Origin: Deltaproteobacteria bacterium
GTDB lineage: Bacteria; Myxococcota_A; Polyangia; Fen-1088
Length of the DNA stretch: 64,000 bases
Assembly: GCA_033763315.1 (NCBI GenBank)
Contig: JANRKS010000009.1
Span: forward strand, 192,001-256,000
Reading direction: 5' to 3'
The translations under genes and the position numbers were made by a program. The notes below the pieces were generated by a model. The model saw nothing but the letters and a program-made list of their open reading frames with translations. It ran no database searches and had not been told where the DNA came from. Positions within the stretch are counted from its first letter, which is position 1. Every line of letters begins with the position of its first letter. Positions 18,073 to 25,812 of the stretch are shown piece after piece.

Positions 18073-18807
18073 TTACACCGCGCCTGCATCCGCGCGTGGC
18101 GTTCCCGCGCGTGACACGAGTTCGTTTGTGCTCTTCTCAAAGCGCTCAAACAACCCCAATCGTTCATCGAGCAGGTTGTTCAAGAAGTGCCCCACAGGAC
18201 CCGCCACGCCGGCACCGAACGCCACGCCATAGAGCGTGGCTAGAAGTGCCAGCGACATCGACGCTCCGATGTTGAGGTTGTCCGCACTCATGTTCTGAAA
18301 CAGCCGGATCATGCCCGTGATCGTGCCCACCATGCCGAAGGCCGGCCCGAGCTTCGACAGCATCTCCCAGTTGGAGATGGCGGGCTGCCAGCGTGCGATC
18401 TCCTCGTGCCTGAGCTCAAGATAAAGTTTGGCGCTGGCCACTTGCGGCGCGCGACTCAAAAGTAAATCCACCATGCGCCGGCTGGCCTCAAACTGGCTGG
18501 CCTCTGCGACGCTCAACGCTTGGCTGCGCTTGCCCTCGCGCCACAAAGCTTCGATCTGCATGCGTTCGGCATCCATAGAAAGCGTGAGGTGACGAAAACG
18601 CCGCAGGCCTGGAATCAATTCGCGCAGACATGAAATGGTGCGCCGAGCGGTGGCGCCGCTGGAGCTCACCAGAACGGCCGACAGCGATCCCACAAGCACC
18701 ATCACGAGCGCGTGCAGATCAAACGCAGACACAACCTGCGCTTTGCCGCGGTCACCAAAGCCAAACCAGATGACAAACCCTAATAGTAAAATGCCGATGA
18801 TCTGCAC
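18073..18807 (-). CDS. motA: Flagellar-type stator A subunit (MotA/PomA family)
   Basis: Four TMs; FD..AL..V..G in TM2; GPAFGMVGTITG and IGASMSLALLATLYG; WREG loop. Confidence 0.85.
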   Translation of the reverse strand: MQIIGILLLGFVIWFGFGDRGKAQVVSAFDLHALVMVLVGSLSAVLVSSSGATARRTISCLRELIPGLRRFRHLTLSMDAERMQIEALWREGKRSQALSVAEASQFEASRRMVDLLLSRAPQVASAKLYLELRHEEIARWQPAISNWEMLSKLGPAFGMVGTITGMIRLFQNMSADNLNIGASMSLALLATLYGVAFGAGVAGPVGHFLNNLLDERLGLFERFEKSTNELVSRAGTPRADAGAV

Positions 18808-18830
18808 GCTGTGATCCTATGCTCGTGGTG

Positions 18831-19466
18831 TCATTGTTGTTGCTTGTGCAACTCTTCAAGCTTCTTGCGCACGGCGGGATCGCTTTCGATGGATTCCACC
18901 TGCTCGTAGATCTCGATCGCTTTGTCCCGTTCACCCATCATCAGCAGCAGCGACGCCTTGGCGCGCAGAAATTCGGGGTGCAGCTTGTAGCGCTGCAGGA
19001 CCGTTTCACACCACTCCAATGCAAGATCGTAATTGCCGGTTTTGATTGCCTCTTGCATGCGCGTGCGGGCGCGGATGATGCTGACCTCGGGGGCGGCCTG
19101 GTCGATGCGCAAGCCGCGTGCCCTGTACGCTTCGATAAGCGCGTTGTCGCCGGCGGTGGGCGGGGGAGGCACCACGCGCGTGGCGGGGATGGTCTTGACC
19201 TCGCTGCTTCCGGCGCCGTGCTCAATCACAATCCTTTGGCCCGAAGTCAAAACGGGAATATCCACCTCCGTGATGGTGTTGCCGTCGTTCCAGCGCACCT
19301 TCATCACGGTTGTGGACCCAAAGCCAAACGGTCGCGTCAGCGTGCCTTCGTGCTCTTTGAGCGCTGCGTGTTTCTTGGGCGCCGGCTCCAGCACGTAATA
19401 CGTATAGTTGCGTGGGCCGCCGCAGCCGCCTGCGAGAAGCAGCAAGAATATGAATCGTTTCGTCAT
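18831..19466 (-). CDS. TPR-containing lipoprotein (motor operon)
   Basis: Lipobox AGGC; C-terminal TPR pair GNYDLALEWCETVL..LMMGERDKAIEIYEQV. Confidence 0.75.
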   Translation of the reverse strand: MTKRFIFLLLLAGGCGGPRNYTYYVLEPAPKKHAALKEHEGTLTRPFGFGSTTVMKVRWNDGNTITEVDIPVLTSGQRIVIEHGAGSSEVKTIPATRVVPPPPTAGDNALIEAYRARGLRIDQAAPEVSIIRARTRMQEAIKTGNYDLALEWCETVLQRYKLHPEFLRAKASLLLMMGERDKAIEIYEQVESIESDPAVRKKLEELHKQQQ

Positions 19467-19482
19467 GGCTATTCCCTGCGAA

Positions 19483-20454
19483 TCACGGCAAAAACGGCAT
19501 GAAGGTGGAGTTCATAAACGAAAAACCAAGGCCCACGCGTCCGTTCGTGGATGCCGACAAAATAAATCCGAAATTGCTCCGCGCGATGGGAAGCCGCGCC
19601 ATTGCCACCGCCGTCACGAGCGGATCGAGAACCTCAACATCAGAGCCGGCCACGCTGCGCACGATGGCCGTTGGAAAACTCATCAGCAGCTTTCCCCCAA
19701 CCACAATGTTGGCGGCGTTGGGCACAACACGAAAATAGGAACCGCCGATCCCCAACACCGGATCAAAAAGAGAGACCGAAAGCCCTGAAAGATTTGTGTT
19801 GTTGATCCCCCACTGCTCGAGCCAATCGAAAGACACGTGTGGGTTGGGATAGATGGCGAGATCGAAAAACGCGTGGTTCACGCTGTCACCGCGCGAGCGG
19901 CGATCCAGCTCTTCCGCGAGCGCATAACTGTGCCGCGTGCGGGCGCCTTCGGCCAACGCCGGATCGAAATTATCAGCCAAGACGATCCGGCTGTTGCTCA
20001 GATCAATGATGCGCAGTGAGACGCCGTTGGCATTTTCATCAAGCCAGATCGCGGTACGCGCGGGTGCGCCCGTGCCGCGAAACTGGGCGTCCAATCTCAC
20101 GATTTCGTCGATGGTCACACTGGTGGTCGATTGCGACACGCTGCCGTTGTCTTCGACGAACGTGCGCGGTGCCATGCAGGCTTCACACGACCTTAGGTTG
20201 GCAGCGCCAAAGACGCTCACGAGAGCCCCAAGCGCCGCGGTGGGGTACCAAGCCCGTGTCTCCTCAAAGGCGGGGGTGACGCTCACCACGATGGCCGGCA
20301 TGAGGTTCGCCGTTGAGAGGCCCTCGCGCTCGATGCGTGAACGTAGCGTTTCTTCGAGACGGGCCAGCGCATCACGTGAAGTGTCGTTTTGCGCCAGCGC
20401 TTGCGCCGGGACGAGCGCCAAGAACGCTGCAACCACAACGGGGCATGCTTTCAA
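19483..20454 (-). CDS. Secreted alpha/beta (CxxC) domain + predicted beta-barrel, paralog 2 (motor operon)
   Basis: Signal peptide; CEAC; GVSLRIIDLSNSRIVLA; C-terminal amphipathic strands; TTG 20454 overlaps upstream TGA. Confidence 0.65.
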   Translation of the reverse strand: MKACPVVVAAFLALVPAQALAQNDTSRDALARLEETLRSRIEREGLSTANLMPAIVVSVTPAFEETRAWYPTAALGALVSVFGAANLRSCEACMAPRTFVEDNGSVSQSTTSVTIDEIVRLDAQFRGTGAPARTAIWLDENANGVSLRIIDLSNSRIVLADNFDPALAEGARTRHSYALAEELDRRSRGDSVNHAFFDLAIYPNPHVSFDWLEQWGINNTNLSGLSVSLFDPVLGIGGSYFRVVPNAANIVVGGKLLMSFPTAIVRSVAGSDVEVLDPLVTAVAMARLPIARSNFGFILSASTNGRVGLGFSFMNSTFMPFLP

Positions 20455-21647
20455 AAACACAGCGAAGCCTCAACGCCCAGGGACTGAAACGCAAACAGAC
20501 CAACATCGAGGTATTCCCCTATGGCGTTTGCGTTCGTCATGGTTGGCAACGTTTCGAGAAAGGCACCGATGCCGATGCGGTTTTTGACCCGAATCTCCAG
20601 GCCTACGGCAAAAGCTGCAAAGACGGCTTGGGGATCATTGCCCTGCGCCGCCGAAATGAGGTTCGCAAGGTTAGGAAGATCGTCTTGAAAGATCGCGGCG
20701 TTCTTGCCGTAGATGGAAATCACGGAGCCGCCGATGAAGCCATAGATGTCGGGGCTGGTGAGCGAGCTTTCTGAACCCGAAAGCAAGCGCAACGCGCGCG
20801 CCTGCGCCATCCAGCCCACGTGCAACTCTGGTGACCAGGTGGCGCCGACTGTGAAGCGGCCCAGCCACGCCCGCTTTTGCGTCAAGCTGGCTTCCACGCC
20901 GCCCGATAGCCAAACGAACGCAGGGGCGCCCACCGTGTTGCCGCCTGGCGCGTAGGTGCGTACACCGATGTGCAGTGGCACGGCCAAAACACTGCGTCCG
21001 CGTAAAGCATCTAAGTACTCTTGCCGCGCTTCGTTCGCGCTTTTAAGGCGTTCTTCGCTGCGCAAGAGCGCCGGGGTGCCACTGGACGTGGACAGCACTT
21101 TGGCATGAACAATCAGCAGATCTGCGTCTAAGCGTGTGATGCGCGCCCGCAAAACCAGCGAAGCGCCCTCAACCTCGAAGTCCAAGAACAGCGCGTGCCG
21201 GCTGCCGGTGCTCGCGCCCGCTTGGGCCAGCGTTTGGGGCTCTTGTGACCCGCGTGAAATCACAGTGCCTTTGGCACCTGAGCGTACGACCACTGCTGTG
21301 CATTGCGGACAGTGCGCCAGCAGCACATGTGAACGCGGGTTCTTAACGATGAGCGAAGCAAAATGCGTTTCGATCAACGCCTGAAGACCGCTGCCAAAGC
21401 CGACGGGAACGCTGACGTCTGCGAGCACCACGGGCGTGTCTGCGTTGAATGGTGGCTGTTCGTTCCAAGCAAACACCAATTCGTCCAGCAAATCATACGC
21501 TTGCAGCTGAATTTCGCTGGCTACGTCTGCTCGCAACGTTTCGACCTGCGCGCGGTCGACGGCATCGAACGCCTGGTTGTCGCCACGGGCCTGCAGCGAC
21601 AGCAGCAAAGTGGCGGCCGAAGCCCAAAGAACGGCCGCGCGTTTCAC
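20451..21647 (-). CDS. Secreted alpha/beta (CxxC) domain + predicted beta-barrel, paralog 1 (motor operon)
   Basis: Signal peptide; CPQC; SLVLRARITRL..LIVHA; ends LGVEASLCF; GTG 21647 overlaps upstream TGA. Confidence 0.65.
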   Translation of the reverse strand: MKRAAVLWASAATLLLSLQARGDNQAFDAVDRAQVETLRADVASEIQLQAYDLLDELVFAWNEQPPFNADTPVVLADVSVPVGFGSGLQALIETHFASLIVKNPRSHVLLAHCPQCTAVVVRSGAKGTVISRGSQEPQTLAQAGASTGSRHALFLDFEVEGASLVLRARITRLDADLLIVHAKVLSTSSGTPALLRSEERLKSANEARQEYLDALRGRSVLAVPLHIGVRTYAPGGNTVGAPAFVWLSGGVEASLTQKRAWLGRFTVGATWSPELHVGWMAQARALRLLSGSESSLTSPDIYGFIGGSVISIYGKNAAIFQDDLPNLANLISAAQGNDPQAVFAAFAVGLEIRVKNRIGIGAFLETLPTMTNANAIGEYLDVGLFAFQSLGVEASLCF

Positions 21648-22291
21648 CGCAGCCACGTCCACTGTCCGCGGCGGCACAGTCCCGCATGAAGCTGCCCTTC
21701 ACGACCGTCCACAATCATTAACCCCATAAAAACGTGATCGTCACCCAAGACGCCTTGGTCCACATAACGTGCGCAAGCCGTAGGGTAAGATTGCTGCGCC
21801 GGCAAACGCCCCAGCACGGCGATGTCGCCCGCGGCCAAAAGCGGCACCCGGTCAGATACGGTAAGGCCCAACTCCGCCATGTGCGTGCGTGCGGCCACCG
21901 CCACCTTCGCGGCGACGGCTTGATCTGGGTAAAATGCATCCACGTGCCACACCAAAGGGGGCTCGTGCGGCACCTTCGCTCTTGCCGCGGCAACCAATTC
22001 AGCCACGTCTCGCCGCAAGGACGACAGCACCATCTCGTCGCGTGCCGGTCGTTCGCCCTCACGCATGTACAAGCGCTGGCAGTCAAGCGCGTCTACCTGG
22101 GCGCCTGTGGCGCGGGCCGGAGGTTCGGGCACTTGCACCGGATGCCGTGCGTGCGCTTCCGCTGCGGAAATGCGCTGGCATTCCAGGTTGCGCGCCTCTT
22201 GTTTGCCACGCAGCACGCCTGCCGAAGGATCGCTTGTGCGTTCAAGCACGATCACAAACGACATCACCACCAAGAACACCAAGGTTTCCAT
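21644..22291 (-). CDS. N-terminally anchored periplasmic protein of unknown function (motor operon)
   Basis: Hydrophobic N-terminus METLVFLVVMSFVIVL; ATG 2 bp after upstream stop; four Cys. Confidence 0.65.
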   Translation of the reverse strand: METLVFLVVMSFVIVLERTSDPSAGVLRGKQEARNLECQRISAAEAHARHPVQVPEPPARATGAQVDALDCQRLYMREGERPARDEMVLSSLRRDVAELVAAARAKVPHEPPLVWHVDAFYPDQAVAAKVAVAARTHMAELGLTVSDRVPLLAAGDIAVLGRLPAQQSYPTACARYVDQGVLGDDHVFMGLMIVDGREGQLHAGLCRRGQWTWLR

Positions 22292-22293
22292 GG

Positions 22294-23025
22294 CTAAGGC
22301 TGCTCCTTGGCGGGTGGTGCAGCGGCAGGCGCGTCGGCAAAGCTGTGCATCACCCGCGACCTCATCATGGCCGTGAACGTAAGTTGGCTCAGCTGCCTGT
22401 AAAGGTCGCGCGAGAAATCCTGTTGGGCCACGTTGCCCCCGAGCTTCTCGTCGTCTGACCGGACGAGCCAATCGAGCAAGCCATTGACACCCCACACGCC
22501 CAGGCCGAAGTAGCGGATGAATCGGGCCTGCAAAGTGGCGGTGGCCAGCGCAAAACCCTCGCGGTCACGGATGATCACGTCGTGTGCGAAGGTGTATTCA
22601 CCGACGTTCGGCACCAGCGTGAATGTCCAGACGCTGGCGATGCCGAGCAGGAGGCTGCTTTGTTCCGAGACGAGCCGGACCTTGGTGTCAATCGTGAGAT
22701 CGGGCAAACGTTCGGCTGCTTCCGCATCGCCGGTGTCGCGTTCGGATGGGACCAACGTTTGCACATCGGCCCCCTGGTTGCTGAACAGCGTGCTGATCTT
22801 TCGACACAACACCTGCGCCTGGTTGCGGTTTAAATTGTCTTGAGGCAAACAGCGCACGAGGATCTTCTGGCCCGCGAAGTTGTCTTGCTGAAAATCGATG
22901 ACGGTTGGTCGCTGTAGGCCAACCAGCGGCTGATACACGGTCACGCAGCCGCCAAGGCTAGCAACGACGAGGGGCAACAGCGCCATCATGGCTGCGCTGA
23001 AGGGGAGGCCCCGCGCGGCGCTCAA
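22294..23025 (-). CDS. Lipoprotein, first gene of motor operon
   Basis: Lipobox LGGC; internal hydrophobic hairpin LLLGIASVWTFTLVP; start may be TTG 23025 or a slightly later ATG. Confidence 0.7.
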   Translation of the reverse strand: MSAARGLPFSAAMMALLPLVVASLGGCVTVYQPLVGLQRPTVIDFQQDNFAGQKILVRCLPQDNLNRNQAQVLCRKISTLFSNQGADVQTLVPSERDTGDAEAAERLPDLTIDTKVRLVSEQSSLLLGIASVWTFTLVPNVGEYTFAHDVIIRDREGFALATATLQARFIRYFGLGVWGVNGLLDWLVRSDDEKLGGNVAQQDFSRDLYRQLSQLTFTAMMRSRVMHSFADAPAAAPPAKEQP

Positions 23026-23116
23026 CGCCCGAACCTTTGGCGCCGATCCACGCAGCGCTCCTTGCCGTTTGCTGTCTGCCCGGGGTTACCCACGACTCGT
23101 TGCTATCACAAACACC

Positions 23117-24418
23117 TTACTGTGGGTAGCGACAAGGCAGCGCGCCTTGGCCTCGGGTGCTGCAAAACGTGAAAGCGGCACCCAGAGACAACCACGCTAC
23201 ACCTATGACCCTTGCGGCCGGCGACAGCCCCGCCGCGATGGCGCAACAGAACCCAAGGGCCAACGTCCCCAGCGTCGTGGCCCAAACCTGCCGTCGCACG
23301 AACGTTCGCTTGACGGCAGCGGCGTTGACGGCAACAAACGCCACCAAGGCGCCGAAGTTCACGAGCTCGGCCGCCTGCTCAAAACGCAGCGCCACCGCGC
23401 CCACCCCGGCCAGCACACCCACCAAAATGACGTTGACGGACGGAACCCCGCGGCGTCCGCTGTAGATTGCGAACGGACGTTTCGGCAAGGCCCCGTCTTT
23501 GCCCATCGCCAACAGCAAACGTGATGCGCCGGCCTGCGCTGATAAGAAGGTGCCGGCGGAAGCGACGATCAAGGTGACGCTGATCAGCCCCAGCACGAAA
23601 CGGCCACCCACCCTCATTGCCACATCCAGGAACGCTGTTTCTGGCGCAGGAAAGGTTGCGAACGCAGGCCATGCCACGTGCGCGAAATGCACCTGCAACG
23701 AGCCGAGAACACCGGTGATCAGCACCACCAATATGGTGGCGCGCGGCACGTTGACGGCAGCGTCGCGTGCTTCATCCGCCAGCGTGGTAACGCCATCAAA
23801 GCCAAGGTATGTCAACGCAACCAAAGCCGTACCTCGCCAAAGCGAAACGCTGTCGAACGTTGATGGGTTGTAAAACGAAGACGGCGCGATGAAAACGTTC
23901 CACCCGCGCGTTTGACTCACGAACAAGAACGTGGCCGCAAAGAACACAATCACGGCGCCCAGCATGAGCACAAGCAACACCACGTTTGCCTTGAAGTACA
24001 CCTGTTGCCCCGCCAGGTTGATCGCTGTGAGGCTGGCAATGAAACACACGAGGGCCAACGGCACAGGCAACCAAGGGAACAGTTTCGTTAGCGTCAAAGA
24101 CGCATAGAGCGCAGAGATCACCGGGATCAACAAATAATCGAGGCCCATGGCCCAGCCTGCCAAGAAGCCGATGCGAGGATGCAACTCACGGGCAGCGTAA
24201 GTGTATGCCGAACCGCCCGTGGGATGCGCGGCGGCCATGCGGCCGTAGCTTATCGCCGTGAGGCTCATGGCGATCATGGCGCACACAAGAGCCAGCGTGG
24301 CGTGGCCCTTCGTCATGTTCGACGCCAAACCAAACAGCGGCACCGGCGCGATCGGTTGCACCAGCACAAGCCCGAAGATCACGAGCCCAGGCGTGCCTAA
24401 CCGCTGAGCCACTTTCAA
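23117..24418 (-). CDS. APC family amino acid/polyamine permease
   Basis: About 12 TMs; SYGRMA..P.GGSAYTY; YLGFDGVTTLADE; TTG 24418 overlaps upstream TGA. Confidence 0.85.
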   Translation of the reverse strand: MKVAQRLGTPGLVIFGLVLVQPIAPVPLFGLASNMTKGHATLALVCAMIAMSLTAISYGRMAAAHPTGGSAYTYAARELHPRIGFLAGWAMGLDYLLIPVISALYASLTLTKLFPWLPVPLALVCFIASLTAINLAGQQVYFKANVVLLVLMLGAVIVFFAATFLFVSQTRGWNVFIAPSSFYNPSTFDSVSLWRGTALVALTYLGFDGVTTLADEARDAAVNVPRATILVVLITGVLGSLQVHFAHVAWPAFATFPAPETAFLDVAMRVGGRFVLGLISVTLIVASAGTFLSAQAGASRLLLAMGKDGALPKRPFAIYSGRRGVPSVNVILVGVLAGVGAVALRFEQAAELVNFGALVAFVAVNAAAVKRTFVRRQVWATTLGTLALGFCCAIAAGLSPAARVIGVAWLSLGAAFTFCSTRGQGALPCRYPQ

Positions 24419-25740
24419 TGCGCGCTGGCCCCCAGGGTTAGGCCGTCCGCACGCATGCTGCACAGCACCCGCCGCGCGGCGTGCACCGTGGCGTCGATGT
24501 CGCTCTCGCTGTGCGCTGCCGAAACGTACCAACGCCCGGTCTGCATCACGAGGACGCCCTCGTTCAGCAAGCGTTCGGCAAACCGCGCATACAGCGTGCC
24601 GTCGTGGCGGCTCAAGGCGGCGGGCGAGCCGAGTGGCGCGGGCGCGATGAACGTCCAAAACACGCTGCCATGGCCGCTTGTCTGCAGCGGCACATCGGCT
24701 TCCGCAAAAACGCTTCGCAAGCCAAGCTGCAAGCGTTCTCCGAGATGCTCAATGCGAACCAGGGCCGCGCCATTGTCGCGACACAACTCGTTCAATGTGC
24801 AAGCCGCGGCGGCCAAGGCCACGGGTTGCCCGTTGAGCGTGCCCGCCTGAAATGTGCGGCCTTCGGCAACCAAGTCCAAGACATGTGCGCTGCCGCCCAC
24901 CGCCGATAACGCGAATCCGCTTGCGAGCGCTTTGCCGTACACAGCCAGATCGGGGCGCACTCCGAATAGTTGAGCGGCACCACCTAACGCCACACGGAAC
25001 CCCGTGATCACTTCGTCAAAAATGAGCAGGGCGCCCGCTTTGTCACACAAAGAGCGAAGGCCAGCCAAGTAACCTTTGCCTGGCCACACGCCACCGCCAT
25101 TGGCGGCGAGCGCTTCCGTGATCACCGCCGCCACTTGGCCGCGGTGTTCGTGCAGGGCTTGCTCCACAACGGCAAGATCATTCCACGGCAAACACAGGCA
25201 GTCGGCCAAGGCCCCCGGCGCTTGGCCTTCAGATGTCGGCAGGGGCTGCCCCTTTGGACCATGGGGGTTGGGCTTCGCCAAGACGGAATCCAGCCACCCG
25301 TGGTAATGCCCCTCGAAACGAATGATCAAGGGGCGTTTGGTATGCGCGCGTGCTAACCGCAACGCCATCTGCACGGCCTCTGTGCCTGTTGTTTGAAACA
25401 CCACACGTTCGCTGCCGGGGCAAAGTGAAGTGATGCGCTCTGCGACCTTGGGCTCCAACGCGTGCTGCGCACCAAACGTTTGGCAAAGCGCCATCTGTTC
25501 GCAAACCGCTTTGACCAACGCGGGATGGCTGTGGCCCAAGATCATCGGGCCCCAACCCAACGTGTAGTCCACATACTCATTGGCGTCTGCGTCCACCACA
25601 CGCGAGCCGAAGCCGCGCGTAAAATACAGCGGCACCGGCTTATGAAAACGCCTGAACTGGCTGCTGACGCCCGCGGGCATCACCTGGTTTGCGCGCTGCC
25701 ACAGCGTGCGTGACGTTGCAAAAGAACGCGGCTCGCTCAT
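24415..25740 (-). CDS. Class III PLP aminotransferase (GSA-aminomutase-like)
   Basis: DADANEYVDY, ILGH, GTEA, FEGHYHG, LIFDEVITGFR, PDLAVYGKA, AGTLNGQP. Confidence 0.88.
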   Translation of the reverse strand: MSEPRSFATSRTLWQRANQVMPAGVSSQFRRFHKPVPLYFTRGFGSRVVDADANEYVDYTLGWGPMILGHSHPALVKAVCEQMALCQTFGAQHALEPKVAERITSLCPGSERVVFQTTGTEAVQMALRLARAHTKRPLIIRFEGHYHGWLDSVLAKPNPHGPKGQPLPTSEGQAPGALADCLCLPWNDLAVVEQALHEHRGQVAAVITEALAANGGGVWPGKGYLAGLRSLCDKAGALLIFDEVITGFRVALGGAAQLFGVRPDLAVYGKALASGFALSAVGGSAHVLDLVAEGRTFQAGTLNGQPVALAAAACTLNELCRDNGAALVRIEHLGERLQLGLRSVFAEADVPLQTSGHGSVFWTFIAPAPLGSPAALSRHDGTLYARFAERLLNEGVLVMQTGRWYVSAAHSESDIDATVHAARRVLCSMRADGLTLGASAH

Positions 25741-25773
25741 GCGTGCAAAACATGTACGGCCCTGAAGTCAAAG

Positions 25774-25803
25774 TCAATAGAGATATATTCAGTTATCTAT
25801 TGA
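25774..25803 (-). promoter_or_regulatory. AT-rich inverted repeat, putative transcription factor operator
   Basis: TCAATAGA-N14-TCTATTGA in a very AT-rich gap upstream of the aminotransferase. Confidence 0.5.
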
Positions 25804-25812
25804 ACTACTCAA

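Noticed and set aside
17445-18807. Zorya anti-phage system (ZorA/ZorB)
   Set aside because: The A subunit is 244 aa with flagellar MotA motifs and no long cytoplasmic tail; no ZorC/D/E-like helicase or nuclease nearby
10274-23025. Ordinary flagellar gene cluster or type III secretion system
   Set aside because: No recognisable flagellin, hook, rod, FlhA/FliP/Q/R, ATPase or FliM/FliN; neighbours are barrels and lipoproteins unlike flagellar parts
24415-25740. hemL assignment
   Set aside because: N-terminal motif differs from HemL and the context is a permease, not tetrapyrrole genes
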